In this document: positions 37,837-47,291 of the stretch, one piece after another
Layout of the letters: each line of letters opens with the position of its first letter
Numbering within the stretch: position 1 is the stretch's first letter
From: Longimicrobiales bacterium
GTDB taxonomy: Bacteria; Gemmatimonadota; Gemmatimonadetes; Longimicrobiales; Gaopeijiaceae
Length of the DNA: 64,000 nt
Direction: 5' to 3'
Assembly: GCA_965249725.1 (NCBI GenBank)
Contig: CBDFMQ010000002.1
Span: forward strand, 2,304,001-2,368,000
Program-made: the position numbers and the translations under genes
Notes under the pieces: generated by a model
Database searches by the model: none
Told to the model about the DNA's origin: nothing
What the model saw: only the letters and a program-made list of their open reading frames with translations

Positions 37837-38850
37837 TCAAATAGCAGAGGGCCAATCGATCCCCATGCTGTGACGGGCGTGGGCCAGCGTCTCCTGCGCA
37901 ATCGATCGCGCATGCGCGGCGCCGGCCACGAGAACGTCTCTCACCTCGTCCTTGTGCTCATGGTAGTAGAGGGACTTCTCTCGAATCGGAGCAAACGCCT
38001 TCGCAATGCTGTCGGCGAGGATGCGCTTGCAGTCCACACATCCTCGTTGAGCAGTCCGGCACTGCTCTTCGATGTCGGGGATCATCTCGGCGTCGGTGAG
38101 CATCTTGTGCAGAGAGAACACGTTGCAGACCTCCGGACGGCCCGGATCGTCCCTGCGAATGCGCTGAGGATCTGTCACGGCGGTCCGGACCCGGGCCCAG
38201 ATCTCTTCCTCATCGGCCAGAATCGGCACGGTGTTGTCCAGCGACTTGCTCATCTTCGCTTGACCATCGAGGCCGATGATCTTCCCCACTCGAGGGATGA
38301 TCGCGTCGGGCTCGGGAAAGTAATCTCCGTAGCGCGCGTTCCATTTTCGGGCGATGTCGCGGGTCAGCTCCAGATGTTGGCGCTGATCTTCACCGACCGG
38401 CACCGCGTCGGCTCGATAGATGAGGATGTCGGCCGCCTGCAGGACCGGGTAGTTGAGCAGCCCGGCCGGGATGGACTCGTACATGGCCGACTTGTCCTTG
38501 TACTGGGTCATCCGCTCCAGGTCGCCGACGGGCGCTACCGTGTTGAAGAGCCACTGGAGCTCCAGGTGCTCGGGCACGTCGGATTGGACGAAAATGGTAC
38601 ACCGCTCCGGATCGAGGCCGACCGCGAGCAGGTTGATGGCCGCGTCGACTGTGCGGGCCGGCAGGTCCGCGGGATCCCCGTCTCCGAGGATGGCGTGTTG
38701 GTCCACGATCGCGTAGAAGGCCTCGTACTCGTCCTGCATATCGACCCACTGCCGGAGGGCCCCGAGGTAGTTCCCGAGGTGTACCTCACCCGTGGGCTGA
38801 ATGCCGCTGAGTACCCGCTTACGCCGCGTCGCCGTGTTGGGATCGTTCAT
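37837..38850 (-). CDS. trpS: Tryptophan-tRNA ligase
   Basis: SGIQPTG.VHLGNY, VPVGEDQ, KMSKS. Confidence 0.98.
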   Translation of the reverse strand: MNDPNTATRRKRVLSGIQPTGEVHLGNYLGALRQWVDMQDEYEAFYAIVDQHAILGDGDPADLPARTVDAAINLLAVGLDPERCTIFVQSDVPEHLELQWLFNTVAPVGDLERMTQYKDKSAMYESIPAGLLNYPVLQAADILIYRADAVPVGEDQRQHLELTRDIARKWNARYGDYFPEPDAIIPRVGKIIGLDGQAKMSKSLDNTVPILADEEEIWARVRTAVTDPQRIRRDDPGRPEVCNVFSLHKMLTDAEMIPDIEEQCRTAQRGCVDCKRILADSIAKAFAPIREKSLYYHEHKDEVRDVLVAGAAHARSIAQETLAHARHSMGIDWPSAI

Positions 38851-38955
38851 CGCGTAACTTACGTACCGCCCGAGAATATGTGAATCTTACGACGTACCCG
38901 CCGATCCTCAGGACCGATCCTCCGCGCCGACCCTCCGTTCCGATCCTTCCACCCG

Positions 38956-39804
38956 ATGCTCATGACCGACCTTCTCGAGACCGCTCTGGAGACCGCCCGC
39001 CTCGCTGCCGATGCCGCCGCGGACGTACACCAAGCCCACGGCACCTCGGTCACGGTGGCTGATGCAACCGAGAAGGGCCGCGCCGACTACGTGTCCACGA
39101 CCGATCTCGCGGCCCAAGAGGCGTGTCTGGCCATCATCCGCGACCGCCACCCCGAGCATGGGATCATGGCCGAAGAGGACGCGGAGGACGGCGCCGCGAC
39201 CCGGCCACTCGACGGTCCTGTTTGGGTGGTGGACCCGTTGGACGGCACCGCGAACTTCCTGCACAACCATCCGATGCACGCGTCCTCGGTGGCTCTCGCC
39301 ATCGACGGGCAACCCATGGTGGGAGCCGTATCGTGCGCGCCCACCGACGAGCGCTGGTGGGCCGCACGCAGCAAGGGAGCCTGGAAGAACGGCGCAGCGA
39401 TCGAAGTCTCGGCGGTCTCCGACAGCGACCACGCCCTGGTCGGGACGGGCTTTCCGTTCAAGAGTGAGGCGCTCCTCGAGGAGTACGCCGCCCAACTGGT
39501 CCGGGTGCTGGCGGCCACCGGAGGGGTCCGTCGCGGGGGTGCGGCCGCTTTGGACCTCTGCTACCTGGCAGAAGGGCGATTCGACGCCTTTTGGGAGCTC
39601 TTCCTCAATCCGTGGGACTTCGCAGCCGGGTGGGTGATCGTCGAGGAGGCCGGTGGGGTCATGAACAGAGTGGGTGGGGTCATCGGCGGTGTGGGTGAGG
39701 TCTCGAGCGGCGCCGGTGTCGAGGTCCTCACCTTGGCTCCGGGGAGCGTAATGGGTGCCAACTCCTCGGCCATGCGCGAAGCGATCTCGAAACTCCTGGC
39801 ATAG
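38956..39804 (+). CDS. Inositol monophosphatase family protein (SuhB-like)
   Basis: WVVDPLDGTANF, RRGGAAALDL, WDFAAG. Confidence 0.93.
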   Translation: MLMTDLLETALETARLAADAAADVHQAHGTSVTVADATEKGRADYVSTTDLAAQEACLAIIRDRHPEHGIMAEEDAEDGAATRPLDGPVWVVDPLDGTANFLHNHPMHASSVALAIDGQPMVGAVSCAPTDERWWAARSKGAWKNGAAIEVSAVSDSDHALVGTGFPFKSEALLEEYAAQLVRVLAATGGVRRGGAAALDLCYLAEGRFDAFWELFLNPWDFAAGWVIVEEAGGVMNRVGGVIGGVGEVSSGAGVEVLTLAPGSVMGANSSAMREAISKLLA

Positions 39805-39872
39805 GAAGAGCGGGCCCGGATGTCTCCGGACCCGCGTCCGCCTCCCTCTCCGTTCGCAATAGGGGAGACATC

Positions 39873-40172
39873 CTATCCCGCACCTCGTGTCTTGTCGTCT
39901 CCCTCCTCACGCTCCTCCCGCTTCTCACCGCGGATGGTTAGGATATTGTTCTCGATTTTCAGAGTGACATCCTCTTCGGCCATGCCCGGAAGCTCGGCGG
40001 TGAGGATGAGTACTTCCACTCCCTCTTCCACGTTCACGGCAGGGAACCACGATCCGGTTGGCTCGGGGGTGTCCCAGGGCTCGTCGAAGAGTCTCGGTAG
40101 GCGATTCGCGAAACCCGTGAACTCAGGCCAGGGAGATCGGACTCGCCGTGGGGTGTATCTCATGATTGCCAT
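39873..40172 (-). pseudogene. C-terminally truncated Hsp20/alpha-crystallin protein
   Basis: WFPAVNVEE...AELPGM...LTIRGEK then stop; the ER.YG.F.R...LP half is absent. Confidence 0.7.
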
Positions 40173-40276
40173 CGGAGTACTCCTTTGATCGGATTGGTGC
40201 GACATAAGGCGGATGGCGGCCCGGAACGTCTCGAAACGAGTCAGCGGGACCTCCGAATTCGCAAAGACGACACGCC

Positions 40277-40292
40277 TGCAATCTGTGTGCCA
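40277..40292 (-). promoter_or_regulatory. Sigma-54 -24/-12 promoter for hsp20
   Basis: TGGCAC-ACAGA-TTGCA on the minus strand, about 105 bp upstream of the ATG. Confidence 0.65.
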
Positions 40293-40513
40293 GCACACAC
40301 AGGATAGAATCTGCCAAATGTGTATGTACCAAGGACTTGCGGCGGTTCGACAATGCCGAATTGGCGCCTTGTCAGGCCTCGAGGCTGTCGGTTTGGCAGC
40401 GCAGGAAAACCGCAACGGAGGATTCGGCCTACTCCTTGCATTTGAGATAGGTCGAGGCGACGCCGTCGGAGGCGACGGCGCTGCCCATCAGACGAACGAA
40501 TGGAGACCAGCAG

Positions 40514-41578
40514 GTGGATGATCGGATCACGGTTCGGACCCCGGTTAGGACCGGGGTAGGAGTCCTCGGTGCGACGGGTACGGTCGGCCAGAGCCTCATT
40601 CGGCTCCTGGACGGCCATCCGTGGTTCCGCGTAGCAGAGGTGAGCGCCTCGGCCTCGTCTGCCGGGCAGAGTCTGGGCGAGCGGGTGCCCGGAGGGACTC
40701 TTCCGGAAGAAGCGGCCGCCCTCACCCTGCGCGCACCCGACTCGATGTGGGACTCTCCGCTTCTCCTGTCGGCCCTACCGTCTGAAGCAGCCCGCGAGGT
40801 AGAGATCCGCCTGGCCGAGGCCGGACACGTGGTCGTGAGCAACGCCTCGGCGCACCGGATGCGCCCTGACGTGCCGCTCCTCATCCCGGAGGTCAACGCC
40901 GATCATCTCGGCATGCTGGAGAGTCAGACGTGGGACGGGGCCCTGGTCACGAACCCGAACTGTGCCGTGGCGGGCTTGGCGCTGGCTCTGACGCCCCTGA
41001 ACGACGCGTTCGGCGTCGAGCGCGTAGTCACCACGTCGTTCCAAGCGATCTCGGGCGCCGGCACGCCCGGGCCTCCGGCGGGCAGTCTCCTCGACAACGT
41101 GCTGCCCTTCATCAAGGGAGAAGAAGAGAAGCTGGCCGAGGAGCCGCAGAAGATCCTCGGATCCGTGGACGCGGGCGTGCTGTCCGAGGCCGACTTCGCA
41201 GTGAGCGCGTCGTGCACTCGCGTGTCGGTCTCCGACGGGCATCTCCTGTCGGTGTCGGTGGCGCTCAGGGGCGACCCCTCGCCCCAGCAGGTGACCGAAG
41301 CCATCCAGGGGTTTCAGGCTCCTGATGCGGCCAGGAACCTACCGACCTCACCGGATCAGGTTCTTCACGTGACGGCCGAGGAGGATCGGCCCCAGCCGAG
41401 GCTCGACCGGGACCTCGGGCACGGGATGACCGTGACCGTCGGCCGGGTCCGGACGTGTGAGGTGCTCGACGTGAAGTTCTTCGTTCTGGCCCACAATCTG
41501 GTGCGTGGTGCGGCGGGTGCGGCTCTTCTGAACGCCGAGCTGTGCAAGGCGGAAGGCATCCTGGAGGGCATTCGATGA
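40514..41578 (+). CDS. asd: Aspartate-semialdehyde dehydrogenase
   Basis: GATGTVG, PEVN, NPNC, QAISGAG, HNLVRGAAG. Confidence 0.95.
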   Translation: MDDRITVRTPVRTGVGVLGATGTVGQSLIRLLDGHPWFRVAEVSASASSAGQSLGERVPGGTLPEEAAALTLRAPDSMWDSPLLLSALPSEAAREVEIRLAEAGHVVVSNASAHRMRPDVPLLIPEVNADHLGMLESQTWDGALVTNPNCAVAGLALALTPLNDAFGVERVVTTSFQAISGAGTPGPPAGSLLDNVLPFIKGEEEKLAEEPQKILGSVDAGVLSEADFAVSASCTRVSVSDGHLLSVSVALRGDPSPQQVTEAIQGFQAPDAARNLPTSPDQVLHVTAEEDRPQPRLDRDLGHGMTVTVGRVRTCEVLDVKFFVLAHNLVRGAAGAALLNAELCKAEGILEGIR

Positions 41579-43044
41579 CGGACCGGCCCGCTCTCACGGA
41601 TACCGATTTCTGCGCCGATCCTTCGGCACGCCTCGGTGCCGCCCAGGAGATGACCGACAACCCCACGGCCGGTGTGCTTCGCGTGCACAAGTTCGGCGGG
41701 ACGTCGGTCGACGGAGCCGAGTGCCTCAAGGCGCTGGCCTGCATCATTCGGGACGAGGAGGGACCGGCCGTGGTCGTCGTCTCCGCCATGGCCGGCGTCA
41801 GCAACAAGCTGAGCGGGCTGCTCGTCGGCACGGACGATGGGCAGGCCCCGCTCGATCCGTCCGACGTGGTGGCGGGTCTCCGGCGCCGGCATCACGACGC
41901 CCTGATGGAGCTGACCGAGGAGGGTCCCGAGCGAACGGCGGCGGCCGACCGAATCGACCAGATCCTGGACAGGGTGGGAGAGCTGGTCCCCCTCGCCCCC
42001 GGAGCGGACACACGGCAGGACCGAGACCAACTGATGGCGGCGGGCGAAGATCTCACGGTCGAGCTGACGGTGGCGGCGCTCGAGGCCGAGGGGGTCACGG
42101 CCGCCGCGATGGACGCTCGGAGTGTGGTATGGACCGACGCCGGGTTCGGTGCCGCCATCCCGGACGTCGACGCGATCGGCCGGCTGGCTCCCGAACGCAT
42201 CGGGCCCCTGCTGGACGCCGGCACGGTCCCGGTGCTGCAGGGGTTCATCGGCAGTGAGGCCGGGGGCAGTACGACGACCTTGGGCCGGGGAGGATCCGAT
42301 TTCACAGCGGCGCTTCTCGGAGCGGCTCTGGACGCCACCGAGGTGGTCATCTGGACCGACGTGGACGGTATGTTCTCCGGAGATCCCAACCTGGTGCGGG
42401 CTGCCGAGGCCCTGCCAGAAGTGGGATTCGGCGAGGCGGTGGAACTCGCCTACTTCGGGGCGCGGGTGGTCCACCCTGCGGCCGTGAAGCACGCCGTCGC
42501 CAGAGGCATGTTTCTCAGGATCAAGAACGCGTTCAAACCGGACGGACCAGGGACGCTCATCCACTTCGATCGACGGGATACGGCCGCCTTTGCCGCGGTC
42601 GCTCACAAGACCGACGTCGCGTTGATCGAGGTGCGAGCATTCCCGACCGCCATGGCCTACGGATTCCTGGCACGGGTGTTCGCCGTACTGGCACGCCACA
42701 AGGTGCCCGTCGATCTGGTGGCGACCTCGCACAGCAGCACGGCCTTCACGGTGGATCGTGACCAGGAACTGACAGAGGTCCGGCGCGCCCTCTCGGTGTT
42801 CTCCGAAGTCGAGGTGACCGAGGACGTCTCGACGGTCACCGTCGTGGGCCGTGGGCTACTTCGGGAGCCGGGACTGGACGCTCTCGTGTTCTGGGCCGTA
42901 GAGAAGACGCCCGTCTACCTGATCTCACAGGCGTCCGATGTCAGCATCAGCTTCGTGGTCGACGAGGTCGAGGCTCCAGCGCTGGTCCGCAAGCTCCACC
43001 TTTCGCTGATCGAGCTGAGGAGGACCCAGGAGGGCGGAGCTTAG
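41575..43044 (+). CDS. lysC: Aspartate kinase
   Basis: KFGGTSV, VVSAM, TLGRGGSD, ACT domains. Confidence 0.95.
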   Translation: MTDRPALTDTDFCADPSARLGAAQEMTDNPTAGVLRVHKFGGTSVDGAECLKALACIIRDEEGPAVVVVSAMAGVSNKLSGLLVGTDDGQAPLDPSDVVAGLRRRHHDALMELTEEGPERTAAADRIDQILDRVGELVPLAPGADTRQDRDQLMAAGEDLTVELTVAALEAEGVTAAAMDARSVVWTDAGFGAAIPDVDAIGRLAPERIGPLLDAGTVPVLQGFIGSEAGGSTTTLGRGGSDFTAALLGAALDATEVVIWTDVDGMFSGDPNLVRAAEALPEVGFGEAVELAYFGARVVHPAAVKHAVARGMFLRIKNAFKPDGPGTLIHFDRRDTAAFAAVAHKTDVALIEVRAFPTAMAYGFLARVFAVLARHKVPVDLVATSHSSTAFTVDRDQELTEVRRALSVFSEVEVTEDVSTVTVVGRGLLREPGLDALVFWAVEKTPVYLISQASDVSISFVVDEVEAPALVRKLHLSLIELRRTQEGGA

Positions 43045-43088
43045 ACGAGGACGACGAAGATTACGAGGACGAAGAAGAGGAGGGAAAC

Positions 43089-44006
43089 ATGAACGCTAGT
43101 CGATTCAGGGGCGTCGGTGTGGCGCTGGTCACACCCTTCCGCGAGAACGGATCCGTGGACACGGAGGCCCTTCGCCGGCACGTGGACTACCAGATCGACC
43201 ACGGTGTCCAGGTCCTGGTGCCGTGTGGCACGACAGGAGAGAGTGCCACCCTTTCGGCGGATGAGCAGGCCCTCGTGGTGCGCAGCACCGTCCGTGCGGC
43301 CGACGGACGGTTTCCGGTCCTGGCGGGGGCAGGCGGCAGCGACACCGCCGACGTGGTGCGACGGGCTAGAGCGGCTAGAGAAGCCGGTGCCGATGGCATC
43401 CTCTCTGTTAGCCCCGCATACAACAAGCCCAGCCAACGGGGGCTCATCGAGCATTTCCGCGCGGTCGCCGATGCGGTGGACTGCCCGGTCGTGGCGTACA
43501 ACGTTCCCGGTCGCACCGCCTCCAACGTGCTCCCGGAGACGCTGCTGACTCTCGCGGAGGTGGACAACATCGTGGGTGTCAAAGAAGCCTCGGGCGACGT
43601 GAACCAGATCATGACGATCCTCAGTATGCGGCCCGAGGGCTTCCTGGTGCTTTCCGGGGACGACAGCCTGGCGATGCCGCTCATCGCGGCCGGGGCCGAC
43701 GGAGTGATCTCCGTGGTGGCCAACCAAGCGCCGGGCCTCATGTCCCGCTTGGTGGGCGCGGCTCTTCGAGGTGACTTCGACGAGGCGCGGACGCTCCACT
43801 ACCGCCTGCTGCCTCTCATGCAGGCGAACTTCGTGGAGACCAATCCAGTGCCGGTGAAGGCAGCCCTGCAGATGATGGGGCGATTGGAGGCCCGGTATCG
43901 GCTCCCGCTGGTCCCCCTCGATTCCGAAAACGAGCCGCGCATTCGTAGGGCGTTGGAGGAAGCCGGTCTGCTCCAGGCCGAGTTGGTCCCGGGACTGGTG
44001 CCCTGA
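43089..44006 (+). CDS. dapA: 4-hydroxy-tetrahydrodipicolinate synthase
   Basis: GTTGES, YNVPGRT, GVKEASG, ETNP.PVK. Confidence 0.96.
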   Translation: MNASRFRGVGVALVTPFRENGSVDTEALRRHVDYQIDHGVQVLVPCGTTGESATLSADEQALVVRSTVRAADGRFPVLAGAGGSDTADVVRRARAAREAGADGILSVSPAYNKPSQRGLIEHFRAVADAVDCPVVAYNVPGRTASNVLPETLLTLAEVDNIVGVKEASGDVNQIMTILSMRPEGFLVLSGDDSLAMPLIAAGADGVISVVANQAPGLMSRLVGAALRGDFDEARTLHYRLLPLMQANFVETNPVPVKAALQMMGRLEARYRLPLVPLDSENEPRIRRALEEAGLLQAELVPGLVP

Positions 44007-44008
44007 TC

Positions 44009-44857
44009 GTGGATACGGCGGCACTCGAAGCGACCATCACCCGCCTGGCCGGGTCGGACGTCAGCCAGAGCACCGAGAGCACGGAGGAAGCCCGGGCTGC
44101 GGTCGAGCAGCTTCTCGTCGCCCTGACCCGCGGCGAGGTCCGCTCGGCTCGGTGCGTGGGAGGTGAGTGGCAGGCCGTGGAGTGGGTGAAGACCGGAATC
44201 CTGCTGACGTTCCGCGTCGGCCAGACCCGGGAATTCCCCGCTGATCCCTCCCCCTTCTACGACAAGGACACGCTACCACTCCGCGATACACGAGGCCTCG
44301 AGGAGAACATCCGGATCGTACCGGGCGGGAGTTCGGTGCGCTCCGGGGCGTTCCTCGGAGAGAACGTGATCATCATGCCACCGGCCTTCGTGAACATCGG
44401 AGCCTACGTAGGCCGCGACACCATGATCGACTCCCACGCGCTGGTCGGTTCATGTGCTCAAGTCGGCGAGCGGGTGCACTTGAGCGCCGGCGCACAGCTC
44501 GGCGGCGTTCTGGAGCCCGTCGGGCTGAGGCCGGTCGTGGTGGAGGACGACGCCATGATCGGTGGCAACGTCGGCGTCTTCGAGGGCACCCTGGTGGGAG
44601 AACGAGCCGTGCTGGCACCCGGGGTTCAGCTCACCTCTTCGACCTGTGTGTACGACCTGGTAAAGGAGACTACCTACCGAGGTGCCCCGGGTCGGCCTCT
44701 GACCATTCCGGCCGGTGCCGTGGTCGTGCCCGGCTCGCGGCATGTGCAAGGCGATTTCGCACGGGAACACGGGGTCCAGCTCTACGCACCCGTCATCGTG
44801 AAGTACAGAGATGCGTCTACGGACGCCGCCACGGCTCTGGAGGACGCGCTCCGCTAG
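44009..44857 (+). CDS. dapD: Tetrahydrodipicolinate N-succinyltransferase
   Basis: [29 protein letters not shown]. Confidence 0.95.
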   Translation: MDTAALEATITRLAGSDVSQSTESTEEARAAVEQLLVALTRGEVRSARCVGGEWQAVEWVKTGILLTFRVGQTREFPADPSPFYDKDTLPLRDTRGLEENIRIVPGGSSVRSGAFLGENVIIMPPAFVNIGAYVGRDTMIDSHALVGSCAQVGERVHLSAGAQLGGVLEPVGLRPVVVEDDAMIGGNVGVFEGTLVGERAVLAPGVQLTSSTCVYDLVKETTYRGAPGRPLTIPAGAVVVPGSRHVQGDFAREHGVQLYAPVIVKYRDASTDAATALEDALR

Positions 44858-45804
44858 TCGGGCCCCTCATCGGGCCCCTCATCGGACACCTCCGACACGG
44901 ATGAACCGGATTCGCGGGCGAGATCGGCCGCCCCTCGGGCCGCATCGACCACACGGTCACGCGCCTGACAGAGCATTCCTCCAATCGCGACCGAAACACG
45001 CTGCCGGAGCGGCCCATCCTCATCGATGAGCCCGCCAACGAGCGCGACCGCAGGACGGCCAGGCCAGGGGCCGAGACGCTTCACCACGGTGAGGACGTGG
45101 GCTGCCAGGTCTTCCACCGCGTTCTCGACGATGGTCGTGGCAACTGCGTCTCCCGCCTCCGCCTCGCGGCATACGATGGGGACCAGAGCCGCCACCTCCG
45201 CCTTGTTCGAGGTGGCGATCCAGGCGATCAAGTCCTCCGGACGATCCACCTCCAATGCAGTCAGAATCGGATCGCGGAGTCGTGTCTCCATGCTTCGGCC
45301 GTCCTCCCCCCGGACCAGCGCGCGCAGGGCGGCCATGCCCATCGCGTAGCCGCTTCCCTCGTCGCCCACCAGGTCGCCCCAACCACCGACACGCACCCAG
45401 GTACCATCGGTCCCTCGGCCCAACGCGCTAGAGCCGGTCCCCGAGATGAGCAGGATCCCGGCCTCCGCTCCGAAGGCGTCGTGGAACGCACACTTTGCGT
45501 CCGTGCCCACGTGGACGGCTCGGGCGATCCCAGCTTCCTGGAGTGCGTTCCGGACCAAGCTCTGGGCGGGGTCATTTCCGGCGCCTGCGATTCCGGCCCA
45601 GAGCACGTCCGCCGGGGGAGTCGCTCCCGCATTCCCCATGGCCTGACGGCACACGTGAGTGAGCACGCCGATGGTGGCACGCGGATCGGCTTGATCGATC
45701 AGCGTGGCCGGCCCCTCGGCGCGGGCCAGCTCCTGACCCTCTGCATCGGTCAACAAAGCGCGGGTCTGCGTGCCTCCTCCGTCTACGCCGAGAAAGAGGT
45801 TCAT
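44854..45804 (-). CDS. BadF/BadG/BcrA/BcrD-type N-acetylhexosamine (GlcNAc/MurNAc) kinase
   Basis: GVDGGGT.T, ISGTGS, GGWG...GDEGSG. Confidence 0.88.
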   Translation of the reverse strand: MNLFLGVDGGGTQTRALLTDAEGQELARAEGPATLIDQADPRATIGVLTHVCRQAMGNAGATPPADVLWAGIAGAGNDPAQSLVRNALQEAGIARAVHVGTDAKCAFHDAFGAEAGILLISGTGSSALGRGTDGTWVRVGGWGDLVGDEGSGYAMGMAALRALVRGEDGRSMETRLRDPILTALEVDRPEDLIAWIATSNKAEVAALVPIVCREAEAGDAVATTIVENAVEDLAAHVLTVVKRLGPWPGRPAVALVGGLIDEDGPLRQRVSVAIGGMLCQARDRVVDAARGAADLARESGSSVSEVSDEGPDEGPD

Positions 45805-47267
45805 GTGGCCTCCTCTGGCTGGAGGTCGGCCGGACGCGCCGCACCCAGCGTCCAGCCCACCGCAACCGTGACCGCCGTGCCGATGGGCACGAACCAGGGC
45901 CAGGCGACCGAGGAGCGGGCGAAAAGCCAGATGGACGTGACCACCGCGATGCCGGCGATCATACCCAGGATGACGCTACGCTGGTCGGCGCGGTGCGATC
46001 GCACGGCCAACACGAATGCCCCGAGTAGGCCTCCGTACACCATGGAGGCGATGGCCAAGGCCACCTCGACCGCGGTCGTCCCCTCACTGAGAGGGATGAA
46101 GACCACGGCTCCGCCGATCAGCAGCACGGCCCATACGAGCGTAAAGAGCCTCCCGGCCCGGAGCACCCGGACCTCATCGCCGTCTGCTCCTACCAAGGGC
46201 GCCCAGAAGTCGTAAGCCGTGGCCGACGCCAGAGAGTTGATGGATGAGGACAGTGACGACATGGCTGCGGCGAACACTCCGGCGATGAGCAGTCCGGTGA
46301 TACCCGGAGGAAGGACGTTCACCACGAAGCTGGCGAAGATCTCGTCTCCCCGACTGAACTCCTGCCCTCCGTAGAACTCCCACAGGCCGAGTCCCACGAG
46401 GAGGAACAGGGCGAATTGAACCATCACGGCCACACCGCTCCCCACCAGGGCCTTTCGGCTGGAGTCCAGGTCGCGGCAGGTGAGAAGGCGCTGGACGATG
46501 AGCTGGTCGGTGCCGTGCGACGCCATGGTCAAGAAGCCCCCGCCGAGAACGCCGGCCCACAGCGTATACGGAACGGCGAAATCGAGGGACAGGTTCAAGA
46601 CGGACATCTTCCCGGCCTCGCCGGCACTGGCGAGAATCGTGGCCCATCCACCCGGGACCAGAGTCTGCAAGGCGACGATGGCCACGAGCGCCCCGAGCAG
46701 ATAGAGACCCATCTGTACGGCGTCGACCCAGATGACGGCTTTGATGCCTCCGAAGTAGGTGTAGACCACGGTCATGAGGCCGATAACTGCGATGGACACG
46801 GGATAGTCCCAGCCCGTCACCAGGGCCAGGGGAATCGCCGTGGCGAATAAACGCACCGAGTCGGCGAGGAGCCGGGTCACCATGAAGACGGCCGAAGCGA
46901 AGCGACGGGCGCCTTGTCCGAATCGACCCTCAAGCAGCTCGTACGCCGTGCTCAGCTCGCCCCGGTAGTAGGAGGGCAAGAGGAACGCCGACACCACCAC
47001 CCTTCCCGCCAAGTACCCGAAGGTGAGCTGCAGGAAGCCCAGGGTTCCCAGATAGGACACTCCGGGCACGCTCAAGAAGGTCAGGGTGCTCGTCTCCGTG
47101 GCGACCACGGACAGCATGACGGCCACCCACGGCAGTTCCCTGTTTCCGAGAAAGTAGTCGCGACCGCTGGTCTGCCCCCGTCCCAGCCAGGCGCCCCATG
47201 CGGTGATTCCCACCAGGTACAACAGCAGAACGGAGAGATCGAGAGACGTGAACGCGCTCATCGACAA
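45801..47267 (-). CDS. Sodium:solute symporter
   Basis: Multiple TM helices; SVVATETS, DQLIVQR, AAAMSSLSS. Confidence 0.92.
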   Translation of the reverse strand: MSMSAFTSLDLSVLLLYLVGITAWGAWLGRGQTSGRDYFLGNRELPWVAVMLSVVATETSTLTFLSVPGVSYLGTLGFLQLTFGYLAGRVVVSAFLLPSYYRGELSTAYELLEGRFGQGARRFASAVFMVTRLLADSVRLFATAIPLALVTGWDYPVSIAVIGLMTVVYTYFGGIKAVIWVDAVQMGLYLLGALVAIVALQTLVPGGWATILASAGEAGKMSVLNLSLDFAVPYTLWAGVLGGGFLTMASHGTDQLIVQRLLTCRDLDSSRKALVGSGVAVMVQFALFLLVGLGLWEFYGGQEFSRGDEIFASFVVNVLPPGITGLLIAGVFAAAMSSLSSSINSLASATAYDFWAPLVGADGDEVRVLRAGRLFTLVWAVLLIGGAVVFIPLSEGTTAVEVALAIASMVYGGLLGAFVLAVRSHRADQRSVILGMIAGIAVVTSIWLFARSSVAWPWFVPIGTAVTVAVGWTLGAARPADLQPEEAT

Positions 47268-47291
47268 GCGCTCGGATGAAATCCGGTGGAG

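Noticed and set aside
44858..44886. 12-bp tandem repeat at the end of the kinase gene
   Set aside because: Short coding duplication (DEGPDEGPD) with no wider pattern.
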